A DNA stretch of 62,261 nucleotides, the filler included, from Basidiobolus ranarum (lineage: Eukaryota): assembly GCA_040143965.1 (NCBI GenBank). It is 5 parts of 5 records of this genome, joined end to end, with 100 filler letters (N's around TTAATTAATTAA, not from the genome) between each part and the next. Parts side by side here need not be neighbours in the genome. Positions count along the whole stretch, not along the records: positions 24,967 to 37,337 come from JASJQH010000548.1; positions 37,438 to 49,801 come from JASJQH010000549.1; 3 more parts are not named here. The stretch is one strand, 5' to 3'. Position 1 is the stretch's first letter; each line of letters starts with the position of its first letter. The notes under the pieces were generated by a model. The model searched no databases, had not been told where the DNA came from, and saw only the letters and a list, made by a program, of their open reading frames with translations. Both the position numbers and the translations under genes were made by a program. Shown one piece after another: positions 25,921-40,457 of the stretch.

Positions 25921-28149
25921 AATGGGTTTGAAGCCACTGAAAATATATTCTATCCAGTGATGACACTGGCTGGCATTGAACAGAAGATAGGATACTAGGT
26001 ACCAGATGGTATGGGATGCACCAAAGAGAAAGTTTAAGCAGTGTTGAAAGGTACAATCTTAACAAAGAATGATTTGGGAAATATTTGCTTGAGAATCTTT
26101 TCAATAGGAAAAGTACTACTGTGAAGCAAGTTTGGTATGAAGCTTAGTAATTGTAGGTATGTGACTAGCTAAAAATAGATTGTATTCAGTGCCAAATACC
26201 CCCAGGATGAGCCATGGGTATGCAACCAAGAAACAATGATTATTGCAAACTTTAAAAGCAGAGACTCAAAAGTCATGAAATAAGGTAAAAAATGATAGGG
26301 CTATGCTTTCAATATGCAGCTTGTGAGTCTAATATGGTTATACATCTCAATATAAAATTTGGTACATTCATCACTAGAGAAGTCAATACAGATATGTTCT
26401 CAATAGTTGTGTAAGCAACATAAAAAAAGCAGCAGTTGCTAATTAGTCCAAAGTTGTTCATTAGTTCTTAGAAGATCCTCCATGTGTAGCTTTTACATTA
26501 TTATGGGCAAGGGGTGAAACTCCAATTAGTAGTAGTTAACCAGAACTTGATGGATTTTGTTTGTTGACAATACTAATATGTAACCTGTCAATGGATTCAC
26601 CAAATCAGTGGTAAAGTTTAGTTATTGTATTACTTTGCTCAAATGCATACTTTTTATCACATATGTACTTGGCTGATTAAACCAAAACATAGCATCAGAT
26701 CCTATTTTTAGTCATGTTATGGTAACACTTGGAGGAGAGTTGCTTGAGAGTTGTTCAGGGTATGTCGACAAGAAACAATTAGTATGTAAGATGTTTGAAA
26801 TGCAATATTAAATTTTAAAATTGTTAGGCATAGTAGTCAGCTAATTCATATACTGTTTAGATTGTACTGAGTTTTTACATTCTGCATGAGTGTTTATTGT
26901 GCTAATTAATAGATATGTTGATGAGATCATCTCAACTAACTTTCCCCATAGGAATACATCCTCCTGAAATAATCTTGAAGGTTCATACATGCGTTGTTTA
27001 TTAGAATATACTTAGGTAGTTAATGAGATTGCTATTTTTGTTAGTATTAATGCTCATTGCAGCTTATTGAAAGGATCAGCCAATCACCAAGATCTTAATT
27101 GGTGTTATACTTAGGTATGATTACAACATATGTATTAGGAAGTGATGAGTCATTATTTTAAGTCTCAGCCGCAGTTGCTTTGTGCTTTATGAACTGGTGA
27201 TCAGATGATGAGTCATCTGCTCATCAGCCCATCTGTTCACTGGATGAAAGAATTTTATTATATACAGGGCTTCTCACACCTTTTAAAGCTAACACTTTAT
27301 CCACAGTAAAATTCCATTACTACACTAGCATTCCGTTATCACTGTTCATCCACCCTTAGCCAATATTAAAGGCATGATTGTTGTTATCTAAATTCATCTA
27401 TTGATCTTATTTCCTATTAAACCATAGGTTTGTGATGTTCAATGCAATGAATTTAAAGTCCGTGGTTCAAGATTCTAATTCATGGCCAAAAACTCACAAG
27501 CTCCAAACAGTGTTATCTTTACCTTGAGAATAATAAACTTGCAGAGAAAACATGTATACCAAAATGAAGATTTAGATGCTGACATGTGACATTGCCAAAC
27601 TTTTGATAAAAGATAGACCTAGAGTTAGAATATAAGATAGAAGATTATTGCAGGAGCACTTCAGAAGTACCTAAGAACAGAGTTAAGTAAAACCTGAAAA
27701 CTACCAGCCAAAGCCAAAGTAGGTGATGCTAAAAAGCCTCTAGTGTGCCAATCACTTAATGCAAAGTCTTTGAAGTGTAAAGCACCACTGGTGAGAAATG
27801 AGGGGTATAATACCAAGGAGCAATCAATATTGTTGATACATAATGCAAAGTCAACAAATGAGAAAGACTAATCAACAACTACAATTGCTACAAATTGCAC
27901 AGATAGGGAACAACCTACATAAGAGCATGAAGAACAGAACAATCAGTACAAAATCATCAATAAGCACTTATTAGTATGATAACAAAAACTAATGATTGTT
28001 GAAAACTGTTTAAGCAGTATCTCTTACAAGCAGATAAGGTAACAAAAAATAACAGCCTATTGCAATAGTTGGAGCATTTCTATAAAGTGCTATGCAGAGC
28101 CAACTTATGATAACCTAAGATCTTATTACAACTGATGAGGAGATGATGA

Positions 28150-31100
28150 TAAAGGCATTGGCCATTGGTATCACTCAAGTAACAATCAACAGAGTCCCAA
28201 GAACTGGGAACATGCAACATAAGTTTTGAAACAAGAGATAACTATTATTAACACCATAAAGAGAAGTGCTTACTGTGCAAGATATGATAGTCAGCAAATG
28301 GGATTTGTTGATTGTGGGAGTTGTGATTCAAGTAGGACATACTTATGAAAGAACAGCAGATTTAGGAAATATTACAAAAGAGTCTATTAAGTGCTCAGAA
28401 ATATTGCCAAGGGATAGATAGATTAGTACTGAGAAAAGTACATATTGGAAATATGATTTGCTAAGTTTTCATGTTCCTAGGCCTTTCTAAAAATAGTCAG
28501 GGTGTGGTACCTGCAAATAGTAAGTGCCAGGAAACTTACACTTTATAACATACCATTAATCAGTGTCTGGTCAGTGCAAGAAGCTGCTTGCAAATAATGA
28601 AGAGTATTATTTCAAGAGGCAGGTGGTGTAGGAAATAATAAAAAGTAAATGATGGCAAGTAAACATCAGAAGGCAAAACAACAGGTATGTATAACACTAG
28701 AAGCTAAGTCTGTGCTGTTTTAAACACTATTGGCAAAACCAAAAAGGTTTGAAGATAGAAAGCATGCAATATGCCACACTGAAGGTAGGGTCTAAGCAGT
28801 AGGAAATGCTAAATGCAAATGCCCATAGTTATGGGCCTAAGAACATACTTTATGCAGCACATCAAATTCATGGATTGTGCAGTGCTACAGAGTACTGACA
28901 GATTACAAAAGGTATGGTGCCAAGAAAAATGCAAGATTGGGCATGTTAAAGGGAATATATTGCAATAATTCATGATATTGCCTAGTGAAGATTGACATAG
29001 ATGGTCAGGAACTGCAGTACAATTATATCCAACTTGAGATGTCTTATCAAATGCCCATACTTTATTCATACACATACTTCCAAGTAAGTACCTGCCACCT
29101 GCCATATTTTCAGCTGTATCTTCACAATCTGAATGGGAGCATGTGTTCCAAACATAACAAACACACTAATACTGCCTAGACTCTATTTCATTTATTGGTT
29201 ATCTTTATGTAAAACCATTCTCTGCTGCTGTTGGACTGGTGTAGCTAGTTAGTCTATTAGATCTAGCAAATTGTTACTTGTGCCCTGTCTCCTTAGCAAT
29301 TTGGTGTGCTCAGTTTGCAAATCAGAGGTTTGCCAAAATCTTCAAACAAAGTCCTGACATATTAAAACATCAACATGGAGCGGAAAGAGAATTTAGTCAA
29401 CATTCTTGGATAGGTACTGCAATAATGGTTCTATCAAAGGAGTACATACATCAGCAATAGAGATAGCTAGTATAGAATATGACTAATTCTTGTTAACTTT
29501 TCAACTTGACTGGGAAGTTAAAAGAATAATGACCATATTGATTGGTTATGCAAAGTTTATTTAGGTACATCTTTTAATGCAGGTATCAAAGGATCCTGAT
29601 AATCAGATGAATTCCTATTTTATGAAAATACCAAGTATGAATCAACACTAATTGATAACTTCAGCTTCATGATCATTAGATATGCTGCCAACTTAGTGCA
29701 GTGCTTAGGAATGCATAGATTACAAATACTATAGACTCAGTCATTGCTTTTGCAGTGGGTCATTCTATGGTGTTAGCATGACTTTGGTCTGGAGAATGTT
29801 AAATTCATTGATAGCAATGAGCTATCATTTGATAAAGTCATCTTAGATATAATCATAAACAAAATAGTAGTAGCATGGAAAGACTGAAATCAATTACCAA
29901 ATATAACTTTTTGTTAACTACCAGAGTTAAGCCAAGTCCTTTCCCAAGTTGTATTAACTGGAAGATGAGTATTTTGATGACTTTACCTATTCATTGGCCT
30001 CTGTTGGGGTAGTATAGTAATTAAAGTGAAATGACAATATGAAGTGTATTTTTTAGCTTATATGAGGAAGTGACATAGCATGCAAGCAACACCTGATGAC
30101 ATATTCTACTCAAGAGCTGTTGGAAAGACAAAAGCATAGAAGAGACAACATCTTACCTCCAGATATTGTGTGCTTGACTAACACGTATCTATAATGGCAA
30201 AGTAAAACTCACAACATTAGAATTAATGTCCTGCAATCTAGCTGCTGCAAAGGCTGGTAACCTGCATTGCAAGGAAATATTTTAAAAGTGGCATATCACC
30301 CCTGTCTCTAAACACTTGTAACTCTTTCACTTGTAAGCTAGTGTTGAAAGCAATGCTACCTGTACCTTGCTTCTAATTCCTCTTGTACTTTTCATTCATT
30401 GTGTAATTTCCTTTTCCTGTTAATATAAGTCAGGGCACTACACTGACTATGCTCATATCATCAATTTGTACTCCCTGTGCAGCACTCAGTCCTATAGAAA
30501 TTACATAGTTGCTACCTGTTAGCATTACTTTACCTTTTTTTTTCATTGTCCCTTGATAAAATGAGACCTATTTATGAACAATATATTACAGCTCAGGAGA
30601 ATTAGAATGTCACATTATATGATAAAAACTTGATCTTTGTTTATTTTGTATCTCTCATTTCTTATCACTGCAGTTTTTGTTGGTAGACCTTAACATGATA
30701 ACTGTTGTTAAATGTTAGTTCTTAAAGAGTTATGTAAGCTTGACATGTAGCAAATCCCATATCTCCTGTGTCTTCAGACTCTACTTCAAGCCATTTTTTG
30801 GTAATTTGAGTGTCACATGTTTATAACATATACATATTCCAATTGCTGGAACTTCTCAAAACCATACCCCTTCTCAATCATATATAGCCTTAAATCAATC
30901 ATCAGTCTTAGATTTTGGAAACCTTGCATCTGGAATTTTACATGTTTCTTATATATTTGCATCTAATGTATGAGTAAATCTCATTACTTTAGAGGCAATG
31001 GGTTGGCCCTCCAATTTTTCTCACTTCTTGGTAAATGTATTTATGGCTTAGGCTTATTCTGGAATTAGCCTGACATTATATGAAACCATTATTTATATGT

Positions 31101-31250
31101 TGGAACTCTTAGCATTCTATGGTTACAGCTTCTAGCCATTCCAAATAAGTGGATTCTATGCTTCATAACTTGTGTCAAACTGGTAAGACTAAATCCTATA
31201 CAAAGAGAGCTTCTAGCTCCTTTAGTTTCCCCACATGGTTGAATTATACA
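28150..31250 (-). mobile_element. Heavily decayed Helitron RepHel remnant
   Basis: Motifs in the expected order on the minus strand: VKFQMQGFQNLRLMI (~30930; Rep motif 2, VEFQKRGLPH), LIAINEFNIL (~29810; Walker B), TLINGM (~28550), TINKSHLLTI (~28300; TINKSQGLT), TYVACSQ (~28215; YVALSR). Boundaries uncertain. Confidence 0.6.
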
Positions 31251-34200
31251 CTTATCAAGTTTTGGTAGTAACCAGACTGAGCTATTGCTTATTTCATATC
31301 TCTCCTTTGAAGATAGTGTGCCTCCTCTAAACTTGAATCCTGGATAGCTCTTGTTTTATGTATATGTTTATTTGGTAGTAAGATTCTAGCACATTATGAA
31401 GGTGTGGCACTGCAATCAGCTGATACACATTGGGGTAGCACAGCTAATAGGTTTGTGTATCTGATAGAAGCAAAGGGGCTGGATAACATGTTCTTCCAAG
31501 ACACCTGTTCATAAGATGTTTCATGGCACCAACTATGACTAACTACTGGAAGAGCATATGACTGCTGCCCAATACAGATTGATATCAAGATAACTGACAA
31601 CCAATGGTACTGATAATACTAATAAAACTATATTAATGAATTTTGAATTACCTAACTAATACTTAAACTGCTATGCTTCATGATCATGGCAAGTCATTGT
31701 CTCTCCTTCTGGAGAATACTGTATGCCCTCAGCTTTGACAAATGCTGCTGGCTATTTATAGACCTTGCAGTTGACTATCCTTAATATCTCATAGAGTGTA
31801 TTCATATCCCATTCAATTGGCACTAATTGAGGAACTTGCTAACTTGTTACCTAACCACTCCTTGCTCTGTTATATCCTGGCAATTCAGTGATCTGGTTGT
31901 GCATATATCAAGTGTTTTGTGTACTGTGCACATAAAGCTTATTGGGTGTGGTTTACATACTAACTTAAGGGCCTGGGTTATGGCTCCTTATAACCTTGTT
32001 TTTAATATTTTATTGCTTTTAAACACACTCAGTTGAGACATTGCTTAGACTAGTGCTACATGTATTCCTATTCTATACCTCTTAGTTTTAGCAGGACAGA
32101 ACAAGGCATTTGACTAAACCTTTCACATGGATATCATAGCTTCATAACTCTCTTCTCAGTATACTGTCCTGGTAGTGTGTAGACTAGATATCTGGCTCAT
32201 TAGATAGCTTTGAGCACTGAGTACTACACTTCACATTCTTTAAAATCAGTCTATTCAATACATGTGTTTCACTTTTGGTGATTTCATTATATCTCCTGTC
32301 ATGGCACTATATTTTTTTCTAAAATTAACCTGGCAGTTGAACATCCCAACCTGCTCACAACATGCCAGTATTCTTCTGTGCAAGTAGCATCTACAAGCAC
32401 TCCTTGTGATTTAACATTTAATATTTCCCCTAACATATATCTTTTGGCACAAGAACTGGAGTCATCTGTATCAATATTGTGCAGAGCTTGCTTACAATTT
32501 CTTAGAATCCCACTTATTCTGCATTTTTTGCCATACTAAGATATAAAGCGCATTAGCCTTAGTCCTGTTTATACCTAATTTCTCAGATTTCTGTACCACA
32601 CTAATGATTGGTAAGAATTTGTATTAGCATGTCTTAGATTTGATAATGGCTCCTCCCTAGGCTTGCATGTTTATGGCAGAATATCACTTAGTATAGCACT
32701 TCTTTGAGCACTGCAAAATGGTTAAAAATAATTACTCTAATATCACTCATATGCAGATTTAATACATTATGTATCATATGCTTAGTCATCACAATATATG
32801 TACTATGCTTTGAGTAATTTTGAGCCTCTAATGTCTAGCCAATATGTATTTTGTTTTACAATGATCAAATGGCTGCCTCATACCCCTTGCGTATTGTTTT
32901 ACTTAGACCAATGGGTTTTGTGATTGATGTTGGCATTTCAATAACTAAATTTTTGTTTATTCCAACATTATTTATTGCAAGTTGATCTATTTGTTGCCAG
33001 TCAGTGCTAAGCTCAAGTATAAATTGTTTTAACTTTGTAAATACCTGCAATTTTAATTTTCTAATGTTACAGTCCTTGTTACCTTTTGCCAGTGATCTGG
33101 CCATGTGGTTTGACTTGTGTTTTTATTCAAGCCTTTCCTAAATTAGTTTGCTTTCCATTTTAGTTGCAAAATATGTATCATTTTGCTGACATAGCATTGG
33201 GGACAATCTTATGTGTCATATTGGTTTACAATGCTGCCTTTAAAGTGTAAGAACAGTATGTGCCAACTACAGTTTCACTTTACACACTTAGTTTCAATGT
33301 AAAACTTATCATCAAAGGCTTTCTGCATATTCTATTCTCCACTTCAGCTGCTGCAAGAATTTCTTGACTGCATTGATTTCTTTCATTATCTTACACATAG
33401 AAAGCTCTTTCACTAGTTGTTTGAAGTTCTTGTCAAAAACCGGAATAAGAATACTCTTGGCTATGAATTTGATTACAGCAATGATTTGTACAACTCATTT
33501 TTTAGTTTTAATTGTAGCATGATTTAATATAACATCAGATATTGAAAAATGCCTGTAATGCATATGCATATTGCTGACACAGTGATATAGGATATCTGAC
33601 TTTGTAAGAGCTTAGGCTATGCTGGGAAATAAAGCTACATAATTGGATCCAAAGTTACATTGTTTCAAGCTTATAAATTCAAAGTAAAATAAAAATGGAT
33701 ATGTGTGACAACTAGTTTTATGGTAAACAGAACAGATGGCTCTTTTAAAACCCTCTACAGATCAAGGTTATTTGTAGCAATATCTTAAATTGTTTCTCAC
33801 TTTTGTAAGCTCATAAAAGTACTACAGTACATTGTACAAACTACTGTATACTCTTTTTTATTGATTAAAAAAGGTAAACTTGGGTATTGCTTCACATTTG
33901 AAACTATGAAGGAAGAGATATGTTTAAACAACTTTATTCAAAGAAGTAGGAAGATGCAGTGAAAGCGTTTGTAATGCGGTTATAGAAGCATAGCACTTCT
34001 CTAGCAGCTTTTTTTTGCTCCAAGAATGAAATTGTTTAACAAACAATTGTTTCCTTATCTCCAGAGCAAGACTAAGTAGTGAGATATTTCATTAGCCCCC
34101 TAGCAACAATGTGAAGAGTAATATTATATGGTTAAACGTCAGGATACTAATGTTGGGTGGAATTTATTTCCACTACAGTCAATATCAAAGTGGCACCCAA

Positions 34201-37200
34201 CAAGATTATAACCTAACATAATCTCTCTGAGGTTTTGTATAGAGCAAACCAAATGTTAAACTTATCAGGATTTGTAGTTGCACCATTTGTTATCTCATTT
34301 TAGCCTTAAAGACTTGGTAGTAGGATCTTGAAGGGTGGTAAAGACTTACTTAGTAGTTGCTATGCAAGATCAAAAGCTAAGAAGGTTTCTGATGTAAGGA
34401 ATCATATGTCATAAATATTGCAGATGTATATTTACAAAAAAAGACTGTTTTCACTTTCCATACTTATTTAATATGCAGTTAACCCAGTCCACACAGTTCT
34501 GATATGATATACCAAACTCCTACTTGGTCTTGACCTGATATAATTGCAAGTCTTGTGTAACATACCTTGTAAGATGTTTTTGGATCAAAGAGTTCACTTA
34601 AAAGGAGAAGTTGGCCTAAAATGTAGCTATATTGTTTGCATGGTGATTAGTGCTCTTAGATGCTATTCATTGACATGCCCACAACTCTAGATCATGCCTC
34701 ATAATATCTAGAATTCAAGTGCTCAGTACTAGCTGAATAACTTTCTGCATAGCAAAAGAACAAATGACATTCTGTCTGTGTCAACAAAAGATGAACCCAA
34801 CTTTCAATCCAATAAAAGTCACCACTTCATAATTTATTCATTAATAATGCACACAACCAATATTGCCATATCCTGGCACAGTTGTGCATGTAGTACCTGA
34901 ATAAATGAGGATTCTTAACACACAGAACTTGCAAGGTTATCACAAAGCCTACTAAGCAAAAGAATTGATACCAAAAAAGCAGAACTCAACAATACTTTAT
35001 CCAGAGAGGGGATCTATAAAATAGATTCACAAGAAGCCACCAAAAGTGGGGTTTGGGACAGTCTATGCTGAGTCATATGAGGTTGCATAGCTAGGAAAGT
35101 CACTTACAGACTAAGGATACATACAATATGGTGCTATTATTTTGTTTAAGACAATTGAAGTTTTACTTTGTTGGCTAAAGAGAATATGCTTCATATTGAT
35201 TACTCACATCCTGGCCAAATCTTTAACTAAAGCTGTATTGGAATTATCAACAAAGAGCTTGGCTAAAGAAAATACAAAGTAGTTATTTGAGTGCAACTGC
35301 TGAAATCAAGCAAATAGCAACCCATTGTATCATAATTTGGTTATTGATATATGATTATTTAGCACTGAATTTGGGCATATTGTACCACTGATACTTATAC
35401 TGGCAGTCCAGATGACAGATTGCTCTTATACAGCTTACTAGTCTGACTGTTTCATCAAATTCCAATTACAATAGATTAAGTTGGTAGAGTGAGCAATTGA
35501 AAACATAAGGCTCACAATAACATTATGTTCTAGTAGCTTTTGGATAAGTAAAGGGATATGTTAAAGTAGAATTGTGCTGATTGGGTTATGATATCTTTTC
35601 ATCTAATTCATGATGACTTTATATTGGCAAATGGTGTTACTACTGACTAATTCTATTTGCTATCTACAAGGCTGATAACTGCTGTATCTGCAGATATACA
35701 TCAAGGCAAAATACCTTTTACTTATAGTAATAGATCCAGCATATGAAAAGTAACACTTCCACTGCTGCATTTAGCAAGTCCCAGCAGGCAACTAATTAAT
35801 TTCTCAGCCAAGTACAGCCTACATTCCCCATTATGACAGTATCACTTATTATACCAGTGTGGCAAAGACCTTCTATACTCAACAATACTTTACTACATTC
35901 CTCATTGAGTTGTATTGCTTAAATAGGATGCTGTAAAACAGTATATTAAAGTATTAATCATAGAAAAGCCTTTGAATTTTTCATGTGACCATGCTTGCAG
36001 CATGGGCAGCAGTGTGTAAAAGGCAGCACTATATTCCACATGCTGTATATAAGTAGATGCCTTCACATTACTGAAGAATATTTGACAGCTAAAGCTAATT
36101 AGCATAAAAAATTGTCTACATGGCTAGGAATAGGAATGTCAGACCTTCTTCATTTGCAGTGATTTTCTCTCAAAAAGCTAATAGGTACTTCTCCAAGCTA
36201 TAGTTCTACAATCAACCCCAAAGAGGAGGTTAGTACTACCTTACTAGTGCTTGTCAATGTTGATGGAAAGTCTACAAACTATGTTTGAAGAAATAAATTG
36301 CCCAGGTCCCAAACTCCAACTAGTATTATTTTGCAAGCAGTGATGGATAGTAAGTGGCTGCATGTTGTCCGTGCCCCCTCTCTATTGCCTCTATCAAAGT
36401 ATGAACCATATTACTACTGGACTTTCATATATTCATGTATTTGCTTTTCCTGCCTGAATCAATATCTAAGCTTGTGCTAGGTTGAGCTGTAACATCATCT
36501 AAAAAAATACGGGTGCTGCTAATGCACAGTCATACTATTGTATAGAAAAACAAGGTTAGTCAAACAATTCACCTATGCTGTTTGCAGTTTCAGTCAGCAT
36601 GGTAGCCTACAATAGTGTTAAGGATATAAATACATAGTTGATGTAAGGATATTTCATATTCTTCAGAACCCAAGAGATTATGAATGAGGCCATAATTTAC
36701 TTCTAGGAGTTACATGACCATATGAAATATATACCAGAATGTTTGCAATATTCACTGATAACTAATAGCTTTTCACTCCATATTTTTCATTATTAACCTA
36801 CTTGCTTTTGTACTTGAAAGCAATCAGTTAGACCTCTAACTTGCCCATGTTTACTTCTTTAAGCTTTTACTGTGAGTTGTTGACCACTCAGAACTCTTAT
36901 AATTGAATTTTACAAGGGTGTTTTGGCAATAGTAACAAGGAGGTTCCAATATATGGAATTCTGACGTTTACACTGTATACTTGCATAGCATTAAATATTC
37001 TATGGGCACTTTATATTTGTACAACAGCATCTATTGAATCATGACCAACAGTCTGGCATCACTTGTAGAACTTCTATGCAAATTTAGGCTTGCTTCCTAT
37101 TAAACATGCTGCAAGGGAATCATTTCTGACTATAACATTTACAACAGAAAGTGCTTTGGTTATCAATGCTGCTGCAATTCCATGCTTCAGCAATGTTAGT

Positions 37201-37337
37201 TAATAGTAATTGCCCTAAACCATCAAGTTCAGAATTTAAATTGAATTTTCAATTGTATTTCATCCAAACTCTTGTTTCTCTTAACTTGCTTACATAAAGC
37301 ATGTTGAGTGTTAAAAAATGAAACTAAAAAACTTGAT

Positions 37338-37437
37338 NNNNNNNNNNNNNNNNNNNNNNNNNNNNNNNNNNNNNNNNNNNNTTAATTAATTAANNNNNNN
37401 NNNNNNNNNNNNNNNNNNNNNNNNNNNNNNNNNNNNN
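37338..37437. other. Artificial 100-nt gap with six-frame-stop linker
   Basis: N-run with central TTAATTAATTAA; it truncates the peptidase ORF. Confidence 0.97.
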
Positions 37438-39112
37438 TATGTCCGTTAAGCCAGTTAATCATGTACCCACCATAACTAGCACCCAGAGCACACATACGGG
37501 AACCATCAATAAAACTATATTCATCAAGAACATAATCGAGCCCCATCATCAAGTCCCGATAAGGTGCTCCCCCCCAATTCTTACGAATTTGATCGGTAAA
37601 TTTCTGACCATACCCAGTTGACCCGCGAGGATTAATAGCGACCACAACATACCCAGCGGAAGCATAAATTTGTGGATTCCAAAGAAAGTTGAATCCATCT
37701 GTCCAGGCACCTTGAGGTCCACCATGTATCAAAAATGCCAAAGGGTACTTCTTATTTGGATCAAAGTTAATCGGTTTAAATAAGAACCCGTGTACATCAT
37801 CTCCGTAGCTCCCTTCAAACCAAAACTCCTCAGGCTTCGCCATGTACACATCTTGTATTTTATCTTCGTAGAAATTTGTGTGCTTCATAAGCCCACCACT
37901 TTTGGTAGAGAAGGTGAATACTTCTGTTGGGTGTGTAAAGGAGTTCATCATCATTAGTAGATGGCCATGGTAGCCACGGAAAGGTGTTACACCCCATACA
38001 TAATGGTCTTGAGAAAGAGGAGACAACTGATTGCTATGAATATCAATAGCAAACGATTTGGCTTTCCCCTCATCCTCGGCAACCACATATATAGTTTTGG
38101 AGTCCTTGGACCAACTAAGAGAAGAGGGGCTCCGATCCCAATGTTCGGCCAAGTATTGTCGTTCACTACGAACTATATCATACAAAATAATACGGCGACG
38201 GTCAGATTCGTATCTGGGGGTTTCCATCTGTAGCCAGGCTAGGCTTTTCCCATCAGGCGAATAAGCTGGAGAAGAGCAAGCTCCACGATTAGACTCAGTG
38301 ATGGCAATTGGTTTACTGTCACCAGAAATTGGTGCATTATAGATCTTGGTATCTGTTTCCCAAGCTTGATCACTTCCTGGGTTCTTGGCCAAAAAAGTGA
38401 TATTTAGCCCATCTGGAGAAAGATCGTAATCAGAAGAGCCACCGAATGGCTCCACAGGAGACTCCAGAGGAGTTCCCTTCAAGATATTTACTGGTGGAGA
38501 GGATATGTTAAAGTTGTCATGCTTTCGCTCCAAATTAACTACAAAGATTTGAGTTTTCTTTCCTTGAATAAAATGATCCCAGTGACGAACAAAAAGCTCA
38601 TCAAAGACCAGGGCCGAATCCAAATTTTTGGACTTTTCTGAATCCAAATGAGAAGTCTCTTCCATCGATGTACCCTGATAAACAGAAGAAGTAAAAGTCA
38701 AAATAGATCGGACTGCATTGTACTTTATATTAGCAATACTAGTTGGAAACTGTGTAATTTGAACAGGTCCAGAGCGTTTGGCAATTGAGATCGACCAGAG
38801 CTGAGAAGAATTGGAACGATCCGAAATAAAGCCGACGTTAGTAGAGTCCAACCAGATGGGCTCTCTATCTCCATATGTGGTTGGAGGAGTAAGAGGAAGG
38901 ATTTTACCAGAGGCAAGACTTAGGAGTAGAATATTCCGATAGAACTTATCTTCTTCGATAGAGTAACGTCCTTTACTAAACACAGCCCAATGTCCATCCG
39001 GTGAGGGAATAGCAGCAGAAGGACGATCAAGCCCTACTAAATCCTCTATAGTAAATGGTCGGAGGGCTAATACGGTCGTTGCAAATATAAAGCAATATTT
39101 ACACCACCTCAT
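37438..39112 (-). CDS. Secreted dipeptidyl peptidase V-like S9 serine peptidase, 3'-truncated by the gap
   Basis: Signal peptide; beta-propeller SPDG repeats; LFVRHWD; FLIHGGPQGAW; NPRGSTGYGQKFTD; nucleophile GASYGGYMINW; no introns in the visible part. Confidence 0.93.
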
Positions 39113-40457
39113 GACAGGTAAGAACGAACCAACGAGTAAAAAATCGAAAAAATACAGTACTACACAGCCATTGCTTATATAATAAAACTGAACGCGCGTT
39201 TAACAGGTTGTCATTGTACTTACGCACTGAGAATAGCAAATGACTCACAAGCCTGCGTTTATTAAACATGGATTTGTAACACGGTAATCCTCAGTTTCTC
39301 CCAAAAAGGAATACATCTCTGCTAATTTGACCATATACTAAACAAAGTCCCCCAAAGAAGTCTCTCGGTTAGGGATAAGAGTCAAAGTGATGTTTAGGGG
39401 ACAACTAGAGAGGCTCTTAAGGATAGTAAGGCAACACCGACCTTGACTACTGAAAAACTAGTACCATGGATATAGTTTAGAAGACATTAAGTTTGGATTG
39501 ACTTGATCATTGAAGGGATAACATAAGGCCTATTAACTCCCTGCTATTGTCGGTTGATTGTTTAGCAACACATTCAGTATTACCAAAACTTGGCATGTGG
39601 GACAACGACTTTATCTCCTGGATTTTTCAGTGTTACTTACGGATCTTGGTTCTAGAATTTCCCTCTCACCAGCCGCTTAATCAGAACGTTTAATGGGCAT
39701 TTTTAACATGCATCCATACTACTTTATCGGGCAGGTTAACTTTGATTACCGAGGGAATTTTAAACAAGCGGGGGATTGCTATCCAAAATGATTTCTACCA
39801 AGTCTAATGTTCTACTTATAAAGCGAAAGTCACATGCTAAATTCCTTGCTATCATTCCTTTTTTCAACTACCTCATACACAATCCATACTAACAGTAACA
39901 GCTTCAAACTACGACGTATATGGAATCGCTCTTCATTGGAACAAACATACCGGAGAAACATTGATCGTTGGAGTAACCACGTAATTTTTATGAAGCTTTA
40001 TTATGATGTACCACCCACTAGGATCTTCCAGAAGACAGGAAGTAGTAGTATTAACTGAGCCATTCAACGAATATCGAATTGGAAATTCAGAGGTACTCAA
40101 GTAATTATTGAAATAGAAACCAAACTGGCGCGAAGGGGAAGAGACAAGATATTCCCAATGGTATTCTTGCCAAAAAGAATAAAAACAAGAAACGACTATA
40201 TGCATTAAAATCTCACGAAAGCTACTAAAAAATTCAAGAATCAAAAAGAAACACTGAAAACTCGCTAAGTACTTTGTGGACACAATATCCACTGCGGAAA
40301 AGCCTGATCTAATGTATACTTGTAAAAAATACGTATGGACAAAATGATGTCATTCCGCGGTCGTTACATTTAAAAAGATAAACAAAAGGGGCTCTGATTA
40401 ATTTTGGACACGAAATAAAGTACGAAAGGTGGGGACAAGTGATCGGTGATAGACATA

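Noticed and set aside
39340..39780. RNase MRP-like AAAGTCCCC with a distant GGGGGATT
   Set aside because: The C-run pairs locally with GGGGAC at ~39407; no convincing P3, P8 or CR-IV/CR-V elements.
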